Shown here piece after piece: positions 35,692 through 45,700 of a stretch of 64,000 nucleotides of DNA. Made by a program: the position numbers and the translations under genes. The stretch is taken from NCBI RefSeq assembly GCF_016432865.1, contig NC_067398.1, positions 312,170,001 to 312,234,000 on the forward strand, in the 5' to 3' direction. This DNA is from Antechinus flavipes (lineage: Eukaryota). Each line of letters begins with the position of its first letter. Within the stretch, counting starts at the first letter, position 1. The notes under the pieces are model-generated. The model made no database searches and was not told where the DNA came from. It saw nothing but the letters and a program-made list of their open reading frames with translations.

Positions 35692-38600
35692 ATGCGCCAC
35701 GTGCAGGTGGAACCAACGCCATCCCCTGAGCCTGGCCCCTCACAGCCCCCAGGTGGGCAGGGGGGCCCGAGGGGTGGGCTGCTCATGGGCTTCAGCCAAG
35801 CAGGAGGGACTGTGTCCCAGGGAGTCTACGAGGTGTCTGTCTTCTCCCCTTTGGCCAGCCCTCCTGAACCCCGTAGGGCCCTGAAGCGGCCAGGACCCCC
35901 TACTGAAGGTGTCCGTGAGGCAAAGCGAGGTCCAGGAATAGCTGGTCGGGAAGGACAGCTTCTTGAAGAGCTAGCCACAGTAGGGCCATTGGATGCTGGG
36001 CTCAGCCTGGGGCTTGGAGGGGCGGGCCAGCACTTCTCACATCGTGGTCTCCAGGTTGTGGAACATCGGGACAGTTCAAATCCATCTAGGACTACTGGAG
36101 CCTGGATTTTCCCTGGGCCTCTACCACATGCTTCCTATAGCACTTTGCACACCAGAGACTGGGGCCCTCCAGAGCCCGGGGGGAGGAGGGCCCCGGGTGA
36201 GGTCCCTGGGCCAGGGTCACCTTGTGGCCAGCTGCACATACTTGATGCTGATTTGCACAGTCTTGCACAGAAAGGGGAAGAAGACCCAGGACCCGAGATG
36301 GGCAATGGGAGCAGTCCCTGGCCTGGAGAACCCCCTGGTACTGCCAATGGACATAGTCCTGAGCATACTCCCCCAGGCCCAGTCCCCCCAGGGCCCTGTC
36401 CTGCCAAGCGGAGGCTGCTCCCAGCTGGGGAGGCTCCTGATGCCAACTCTGGAGATGAGGGACCAGCCCCCCGAAGGCACAGGGCAGCTCCTTCTGGCCC
36501 TCCCCCTGCTGCCCGAAGTACTGATGCCAAAGCTGCGCCGTTCTGGAACCACCTGCTGCCTGTTCCCAGGGAGCCAATGCAGGTGAGCCCCGAGCTGGAA
36601 AGGAAGCCTGCAGTCGTAAGTCTGCTGCCTTCTGTCTGTCTGCTCAGAGGGCTGCTCTAATCTGGTCCGTGTCTCCCTGTGAAAATAAGCAAGCTGTTAT
36701 GTACGTCCTACTGGGGCTTTCCTCCAGAGCCAGTGTCCCTCTGAGCAGATTTTGTGGAAGAAGGTCCAGGCTGATGTCCCGGCCTGGCGCATATATTCTA
36801 GGTCCCGTTTCATCTCCAGACCTTAACCTTGGCTCTTTCTTCTTCCTGATGCCCGCTCTCTGGGGGTCCTGAATGGTAACTTTTACCCTTTGAGCTCCAC
36901 CTCTCTCCTCCATGCCATGTTTCAACTCCTCTCCTCTTACTGATCGTGGCCCTCTCTTCTCCCCATCCGTTGCAGGGACTGGCAGACTGCAGTCCTACAG
37001 GACGAAGGCTGAAAGGTGCCCGAAGACTAAAACTGTAAGTGTTTGACCTCATTTTGCACATCATCTCCATGTCAGCTCAGCACAAGGTTGTTCCTTTTCT
37101 TTCTGCAGATGGGTATTTAGTCCAATAAGCCCCGGGGAGGTCAGGGGGGAGATGGGATGGATATTTTAGTGGTAGAGAAAAGGTGGTAGGGAGGGAAGCT
37201 GGGAGTAAGGAGACTATACTGAGTAGCCTCTTTCTCTTCCCCTTCTTAAGGAGCTCCCTGCGAAGCTTCCGGAAGGGACCAGGCCTGCTGATCTCTCCCA
37301 GTGCTCCTCCTGTTCCTACCCTTGCTGTCAGCCACACCCTGCTAGGCAATTTTGAGGTACTGACTTTCCTGGGTCTTGGAAAGGTGGGGAGGGGGTGAGA
37401 GAAGGATTAATAAAAGGAGAGATTTCCATGCAGAGAGGGCCCCATGGAAATCATTTTAAGGAAGTGTTGGAAAGGTCTACTTCTCTCCTTTAATATGCTG
37501 TCCCTGAGGCAGCCAGATGGTTCAGTGGACAGACCCCAACCCTGAAGTCCACAGAACTCGAGGAGTTCAAATGTGGCCTTGGAGACTAAACACTTAGTAG
37601 GTGTGTGACCCTAGATGAGTCCCCTTAACTAACCCCTATTCTCTCACCAAAAAAAAAAAAAAAAAAAAACCACCAAAAAACGTTATTCCTTATTAACATT
37701 TAGGAGTCATTGCTTCGAGGTCGATTTGTACCATCTGGCCACATTGAGGGCTTCACTGCTGAGATTGGGGCCAGCGGTTCCTACTGTCCCCAGCATGTCA
37801 CCCTGCCTGTTGCTGTCACCTTCTTCGATGTCTCTGAGCATAGTGCCCCTGCCCCCTTCCTGGTAAGTACTGCTTGGGCCTGTTTTACAGTTGCTGGAAA
37901 ATTATGGGGAAGGTGGGAGTAGGGGGTGGGGGAAGGGGAGGAGGAACAGGAGAGGAATGAGAGGAAAATCATCAGCTTTTGCCAAATTTCCTCTCCGTCC
38001 TCTCTTGGGAATCTGGTGAACACGTCTGGGTCAAGAGCTTTGGGGACTGGAAAGTTCCTGGAGGTTCTAGGACTAAGAGGTTGGGGGCGCTGAGTTGGAA
38101 GAGGGGACTCTGGGCTCCTGGGGACTTGGGTTCTCTTAGCTGATGGCTCCATGGCTCCTCTGGAATCCCCAGGGCGTCGTGGACCTGAATCCTCTGGGGA
38201 GAAAGGGCTATAGCGTTCCCAAGGCGGGCACCGTTCAAGTGGTGAGTCTGCCCCGTGGGGAGAAAATGGGTGGCAGCAAGCCCCTCCCAACCCCACAACT
38301 ATGGAGTTTAGGGCGGGAGGGGATGGTGGGATAGCCCCCTAGGGTTTTTCTTAATCCTTTTCTCCCTGCCCCCAGACCTTATTTAACCCTAACCAGACGG
38401 TGGTGAAGATGTTCCTTGTGACCTTTGACTTCTCGGACATGCCTGCCGCCCACGTGACCTTCCTTCGCCACCGACTCTTCCTGGTGCCTGTGGGTGAGGA
38501 GGGCAATGTGAGCCCCACCCGCCGCCTCCTCTGCTACCTGCTGCACCTCAGGTACAGGTCAAGGATATGTTGGGGAAAACACAGGGTCTTCCTTAGATAC

Positions 38601-38887
38601 AATCTCCCATAATACCTCCAGTGTCTTCCCCGACTCTCGTTTTTCCCTTTTGCTCGTCGGTATCTTTCCAGTCCAACGATCTTCTCTTGCCCCAGACCTC
38701 ACTTTGGCTCCCAATCCTTTGTACCCATAACAGATTCCGGAGTTCTCGCTCTGGCCGGCTGTATCTGCATGGGGATATCCGCCTCCTCTTCTCTCGCCGG
38801 AGCCTGGAACTAGACACGGGGCTCCCCTATGAGCTGCAGGCATTGACAGAGGCCCCTCAAAATCCTCGTTATTCACCTTTGCCCTGA
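35692..38887 (+). CDS. ATOSB: Atos homolog B (FAM214B), 537 aa; exons 35692-36582, 36976-37034, 37251-37356, 37704-37862, 38173-38241, 38376-38551, 38734-38887
   Basis: MRHVQVEP start; C-terminal conserved domain (LLGNFEESLLRGRF, GFTAEIGASG, KMFLVTFDFSDMP, HGDIRLLFSRR, NPRYSPLP*). All introns GT-AG; exons sum to 1614 nt and stay in frame. Confidence 0.95.
37507..37680 (+). mobile_element. Diverged CORE-SINE with long A-tail in an ATOSB intron
   Basis: ggcagccagatggttcagtggacaga...gagttcaaat...gtgtgaccct, then poly(A). Confidence 0.75.
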
Positions 38888-39271
38888 CTGCCCTGATGAT
38901 TTCAGGCCTTTCCAAGGACACTAGCCTACTCCATCTTGGACACGCTGGGCCTGAGGAGAGAGGCAGGTCCTCCAGGCCTGAATTAAAGGGACAGCTAAAC
39001 TCAAGGCTGAAGTATTGACCATTTGGTGTTTGAAACTCCTGTCCTTCATCTTCCAACTAATTAATGCCCTGCTCCAGGTTCACACACACTCTCTCCCCTC
39101 CCTTTTGGCTTCCCAGCCACTACCCTAGATGGTGAAGAAGAGAAATTTACCTGATGTTTGCAGTTGTAGGGAGTGGGGCCTTTCCACGTTCTGTAGACCA
39201 TGGGAACACAGGCCTATTACCCTTCCCTCAGCTCTCCCTTCCCATCCTGGGCAGGAGCCACCTCTTGTTTT

Positions 39272-39294
39272 ATTTATTGTTAATTTATAATTTA
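39272..39294 (+). promoter_or_regulatory. AU-rich element in ATOSB 3'UTR
   Basis: Three ATTTA pentamers (39272, 39283, 39290) in an otherwise GC-rich UTR. Confidence 0.4.
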
Positions 39295-39601
39295 TTCAGT
39301 TGGGACAGCTTTGTTGACCTCCAAAACCTGACAATTGACATGGCTCCACCCATCTCAGATACTGCCCTAACCTCCAGGTTTGAGCAGACTGACTCTGGTA
39401 AGGGGAAAAGAGCTGCCCTTTCTTGGCAATGAGGCTAGGAGGAACAGGAGAGTGTAGCAGAATGGTGTGGGGGTGGCCTTACTCCACGTGCCTGAGGGCC
39501 AGAGTAGAGGTGTTATCCTGAAGAGACTGGGTCAGTAGCCAAAGACCTAGTTTCCCTGTTTCCTGTCTCCCTTGCCCCACGATGCCTGCCAGAAGCCAAA
39601 C

Positions 39602-39611
39602 GTGTGTATGT

Positions 39612-39641
<30 letters not shown>
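39602..39641. repeat. (TG)n microsatellite in ATOSB 3'UTR
   Basis: Read directly. Confidence 0.9.
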
Positions 39642-39642
<1 letters not shown>

Positions 39643-40068
39643 ACAGAGGGAAATAATGAGGGTTAAGGTGGGCTTTATACTCCAATGTAGCCCTCCCCTA
39701 GCATCTGCCTCTCCCACCCGTGGGGTCCTGAGTGAAGTGTGTGTGTTTGTGTATGGTGTAGGGTAGGGGGGGCAGTTGGGGCAGAAGAGGCATGGCTAGG
39801 GGAGCAGAGTCAGGGCCAACAGCTAGGACTCTCCTCTTTCCCACCTCTTGCTTGGGAAGAGGCTGAGTCCTGGACTCTGACCGACCTACCTCAGCTTGGG
39901 GGAGGAATGGCCCCTGCACATTGTGTTGTGGTTGCTGTGGTTCCTGGCTGTCTGTCCTCCCTACCCCTAGACTGTATTACCCTATCCTGGACCCTGACCC
40001 AGCCCCAGCCCTGCCTCCTGGGGTGAGGTTAGGGGAACAAGCATTTGCAGAAACTTGAAAATCAGAGG

Positions 40069-40074
40069 AATAAA
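40069..40074 (+). terminator. ATOSB polyadenylation signal AATAAA
   Basis: First AATAAA after the stop, followed by U/GU-rich sequence. Confidence 0.55.
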
Positions 40075-41779
40075 TTGTATCTGGTACTTTTCTTAAAAAA
40101 AAAAAAAAGAAATTTAATAAATTTTTGTTTGGAGACATGATTTGAGCCTTACACTTTTTGATAACGGATTAAGAGGGGAATATAGACCTTGGAAGAAAGA
40201 AAGAGACTGGACAAGGACAGATAATATGAAACTCCAGGCTTTTTTCAGTGATATCTTCCTAGCATAATTGATAGTTAGAAAGGAGCCTTACAGAAAAATC
40301 TATTGACTCACTTTATAAAAGAAATTATGAAATTAATTTTTTAAGATCACAAGGGGCATAGTAAACAGTTTTGAAGTCTGGGAAGTATTCAATTCACTGA
40401 AATGGGAGTAGGACTATCTCTGAAAAGACATGGGTTGTGTGTTTTATAACAGCATTTATTTAGTACCTAGTATATCCTAACCAGTACTACTATGCTAACT
40501 AAATACTTTAAGCATATTACCTCATGATCCTCCCCACAATGCTTAGAGGTAAGTGCTGTTGTTATCTCCAATTTACAATTCAGGAAACTAATACAGGTTA
40601 CACAGGGTTATACAACTATATTTATTAAGTACCTTCTGGGTGTAAAACTATGCAAGGTACTTGGGTGGGGGAAGGGTTTGACTCCACTCCCAAAATAATA
40701 ATAGGTAACATTTATATAATGCTTACTATGTACCACAAACTGTACTTTACAATTATCTTATTTGACCAAGAAAACCTTGGGACATGGGTGCTATTATTAT
40801 TCTCAATTTCCTGGATGAGGTCACACAGTGTCTGAGGTTAGAGTTGATCTTGTCTTCCTGATTCCTAAGTCCAATTTCCCTTAATACCATCATCTCCTCT
40901 GTGTGACTCTTTGGTCACACATTAATATAATAAGCACATCCTTCTGAATATTATATAAAGCTCAAAATCAAGTAGGAAAAGATTACAATGATAGCTAAGG
41001 ATGGTCTAAGCAAATAAAATTGGTAAAGTAAGGAAAACCAATTTGGGAGTGGGAAAAATGGAACTCAGGGAAAGATTTCAATGAAATGATATTCTTTGAG
41101 GGGTTTCAAATAATGGGTAGGAATTAAACAGCCAAAGTTAATAGAAATAGGATTATATGTAACATTCTAGGAATAGGAAATGTCATGAGTCATGTAGAAA
41201 AGTGTATGGTGTGTACTGGAAGCAGCAAGGGATCTAGTTTCTAGGAGCATAGATCATACTGAATGGAGTCGAATGAAAAATGGCTCGATAAAATTTTCCA
41301 GATTGTGGATTATTATTACTCTGAATTTTAAAGGGAGGCATTAAGTGTGGATAGAAGTAAAGCAACAGAATGAAAGGGGAAGGTTGTGGGAGAACTTTGG
41401 GGGTGGAGGGGAGGTAGTAGAAGTGGTAAGAGAGAAAAAATTCTGGAAATGATGCAGAGGTTGAAACAACAGGATGTAGTAACTGAGTGGCTACAAAAGG
41501 AGAATGGGAAATATCCAAACATGAAAGATTGTATGAGTTGTGCCAGGACAAATAAAGATAAAAAAGGTCACATATCCAGCCACATAAACTTAAAAAAAAA
41601 TGGGTATTAGCTCTATGTTTTGTTTTCTTTTTTCGCCTAGAGGGGATCTGAAGAATCTGCAGGGAGCTGTGGTAGGAAAGCAGGGAGCTGAGAGATCCCA
41701 AAAGCTCTTCGCATTCTCTGGTGAGAGAAAGTCCAGGGGCAAGGGGAAGCCAAGATCCAGTCACGAGGGTAACTGAGGA

Positions 41780-42700
41780 GGATGCCAGTCACTATGGCAA
41801 CGGGGAATCGGGTCAGTCACTGGTAGTGGGGGAGGGGTACTGGTCATCTCCCGGCGAAGTCATCACTATGGCAACATAATGGCGTCTCCCTTTGGGACGC
41901 CACAGCAACCTTTAACTCTCCCTCTATCCCCCAACAATATTAAGGGGCCCGGGAGAGAAAACGGAAGTTTGGAGAGAGATTAGGGAAAGAATAAAGGAAT
42001 CTGGCCTTCCCAGGTCACCTGTACACTGAAGGGTCTATAAGACTTTTCTTCCATTGGGGCTGGAAACCAAAGAACCGGCTTGTAAGTCTAAAAGACTGGG
42101 GAACAGCAAGGGATAGAAATCAGTCCCGGAACGCGTCATAGTGAAGATTTCGCTTTCCGGGGAACTGTTTGGACTCTGCTCTGCGGAGCGTCAGTGATTG
42201 GCTCCGAGACCAAGCGACAGAAGGAAGTGTTTCCGGAGGGGCCGCATGAGTTGGTGCACGCTCTCCAGGAATAGGGAGGCGTCGTTCTAGGCCGAATCTC
42301 GTTGGTTCCGGAGGTCAGGTCGCGGCAGTGGCGGTGCTGTGAGATGCTAGTGCGCGCGGCGCGGGGGGCCGGGGGCCTTGTGCTCAAGGTGAGAATGAGG
42401 CTGGTCCTCCTCCCCGAGCCCTTCCCCGGCAGGGGGGTCACGACCACAAGCAGTGGCGAAGGTCGGGCCCCTTCTCCCATTACTACTTAGTGAAGATGGC
42501 ATGGGATATCACACTGTTGAGGGGAAAACTAAGGGGTCAGAAATAACTCCCCTCCACGTGGGACGGAGCGGAGGGGTGTGTGTGTGTGGGGGGGGGGTGT
42601 TCTCCCAAAGCGTGCGCAGCTCTTCGTGTCACCTCTGGGCTCACCTGCGCCCTCCCGTGCTGCGTGTCTTCCCTAGTGCTTCACCTGCCCATCCCCACCT
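41780..42700 (+). promoter_or_regulatory. CpG island / STOML2 promoter
   Basis: CpG-rich; ETS/GABP-type GGAAGT and TTCCGG motifs (~42030, ~42222-42236); ATTGG ~42197; YY1-like ATAATGGCG ~41876; RFX X-box-like sites. Confidence 0.8.
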
Positions 42701-45700
42701 CCCCTTTTTTCTCTCACATTCTCAGGATCCCCACCTCCCTTGTTTTGTTTTTCCCATCCTTGCTGCCCCCATGTCTACTTTTTATTCGTACATCCAAGGT
42801 CCAGCAAACATGTGAGCCTGTGCTGTGAGCCTGTCTCCCTTTTTACAAAAAGGGATGTTCTTCCAACTCTTGTTACTGTCCTATTCCATGTTCATTTCTT
42901 GTCCTGAACTTTCCTCGTGTAAGGAAGCCTCTGTAGCACACGTTCCTGTTCCTCACTCTCCACCCTGTCAGGAAGGTATCTTAACATCCATTTTCCCATT
43001 TTATCCCTGCTATCCCCAACCTCCAGTCTCTGTCTTACCCACTCTCCCCATTTTCCTTTTCCCCACCTCCCTATCCATTGTTATTTCTTCCAGGGTCCCA
43101 GAGCCTGGCTGGGCCCCACTCAATACCGGACAGCTTCAGGCCTACCGAGAAATACAGTCGTGCTGTTTGTGCCGCAGCAAGAGGCATGGGTAGTGGAGCG
43201 GATGGGTCGATTCCACCGGATTTTGGAGCCAGTGAGATTTCCATTTTTCCTTCCCTTTTACCTGTGGGGAATAGCTGGGGAAAGCACTGACTATGAAAAA
43301 AAAATGAACCAAGCATTTATTTAGCACTTATCATATGCAAAGCATTGTACTCAGTAATGGACATACAGATAGGGAAAGTGTGGCAGTCTTTTCTTTCAAG
43401 GAACTCACCTTCTAATGGGGAAGACAACACATGGATTATCTAGAAGCACCTATGGACTGAATGTTCTTGCATAGGGACTATTTCTTCTTAATTTCTACCA
43501 GATCCTCTGACCCTTCCTCCCACTCTTAACCAGGGTTTAAACATCCTAATCCCTGTGCTGGATCGAATCCGATATGTGCAGAGCCTCAAGGAGATTGTCA
43601 TCAATGTGCCTGAACAGTCAGCTGTAACCCTTGGTGAGGAGGGCACTCTTCCTTGTGCCAAGGCTCAAAGGGGAGCAACCACTGTCATTCTGCATTTATG
43701 TGCAAGTGTCATTGTGTAAAGGGGTGTATGATTGTGGGTGACTCTTAGTTGAATGTGAGTGCATGAGAGAACTGAGGAGCAATTGGGAGTCATGGTAGAG
43801 AAAGCCAGTAAGGGAAGGAGGGAAGGATACATTAGAGAGGGAAGAGGAAGGGCTTTGGGGAGAAAGAGGAGCTGTGAGATAGAGGCTGAGAGACAGAAGA
43901 CCTTGACTTCCTCCCGTTTTTCCCTAGACAATGTGACGCTACAGATTGATGGAGTACTTTACTTGCGCATCATGGACCCTTATAAGGTATCTTTCTACTT
44001 CCAAATTTGTGGGCAATTTTTATGACTCCTTATCTTGGGACATTATATTCCTTATCATAAACTCTTCCCCTAGGCGAGCTATGGTGTAGAAGATCCAGAG
44101 TATGCAGTCACCCAGTTGGCTCAGACGACTATGAGAAGTGAGCTTGGAAAGCTCTCATTGGATAAAGTTTTTCGAGTGAGTGGAGTCAGGTCACAGCTTT
44201 TGGTCACTTAGGGTAAAAGTATAAAGGCTCCTTTTTACATACTTGTTGTATTTAATCTTTCCCCTGGAGACTTGATGATGTGATGGGGAGTCAAGGGAAG
44301 GTGTCACGTTGTCTGCCTGTTCCAGCTCCCTAGAACAGGGCTCCCACTGAGATAAATAAGATGTTATCTCATCTTTATCCCACACCAGGAACGAGAATCC
44401 CTGAATGCCAGCATTGTGGATGCCATCAATCAGGCCTCTGATTATTGGGGTATCCGCTGTCTCCGCTATGAGATCAAGGACATCCACGTACCTCCTCGAG
44501 TCAAAGAGTCCATGCAGATGCAGGTTGGGGGAATGAGGGCGTGGCTCTTGGAATGGTGGGGCAGCTTAAAGCTGGAAACCATAGGAACTGGGAAGGAGTC
44601 ATTGGTTGCAGAGACAGAGACCATCCTGTTCAAATGCCTAGTGAGAATGGCAATGGAATCTGTTTTTTAGTCCCTGGTCCCTGCTCTTTCATCTTCCTGG
44701 GAAGATTCTATTGATGGGGATTATGGTTATCCATATCTGAATTCTCTAGCCTTCTTTTTACCTCCAAGATGACCTTGGGATGAGAAAGTATAGCTGTGTC
44801 TCTGTTTGAGTGCTATCCCTGATAGCCTGAAAACTAGGTCTGTCTCCTTGGTGACCTTGGGGTGGGGTGACCCTGCTTCCAGGTAGAGGCAGAACGTCGG
44901 AAACGTGCAACGGTGCTTGAGTCAGAGGGAACTCGGGAGTCTGCCATCAATGTGGCTGAGGGAAAGAAGCAGGCACAGATCTTGGCCTCTGAGGCAGAGA
45001 AGGCTGAACAAATCAACCAGGCAGCTGGTCAGTGATGGTGGGGGTAAAGAGGGGGTCTGGTCTGGCCAGACTTCTATCCCTGTAGGGATTCTGGCCAGGA
45101 ACAAGTTTTCCCTGTTTGCTGTCACTGAGAACTCTTGCCCTCCCCCAGGCGAGGCCACTGCAGTGCTGGCCAAAGCAAAGGCCAAGGCTGAGGCTATACA
45201 GATCCTAGCAGCAGCTCTGACACAACAAGTGAGTGAATAATAGGAGGTAGGAGATTTCTTGTCCTATTCCTAAGCAGGAATGCTCCACAGGTGTTCCCCT
45301 ATCTACTTTTGGGGGGTTCTCTTGAAGCTGTGTTCCCTGTAATCTGAACTCGTCATCTCTGAAGTGTCACATCTTCTATAATTCCTGACTTCCCACTTCC
45401 CTTGATTTAACCTCAAAATGCATTCCCTAAGCCTATGTCCTTTGACTCTATGGCCTTGTGATCCTGATTTCTTGTTTCCCATGGCCCCTGACCTCACCTG
45501 TCCCCATATTTCCTGATCTCATTTCTCATGACCCCTTATGTTATTTATACTTCTTGTAATTCTTGACCTGATGATCGTGGTGGTGACTACAGAATGGAGA
45601 TGCAGCAGCTTCCCTAACAGTGGCCGAACAGTATGTCAGCGCTTTCTCCAAACTGGCAAAGGATTCCAACACCATTCTGCTACCTTCTAATCCTGGAGAT

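Noticed and set aside
41234-41764. 176-codon minus-strand frame starting next to the X-box cluster
   Set aside because: Non-ATG start; runs through pyrimidine-biased, old-LINE-like sequence with a low-complexity translation; no independent support.
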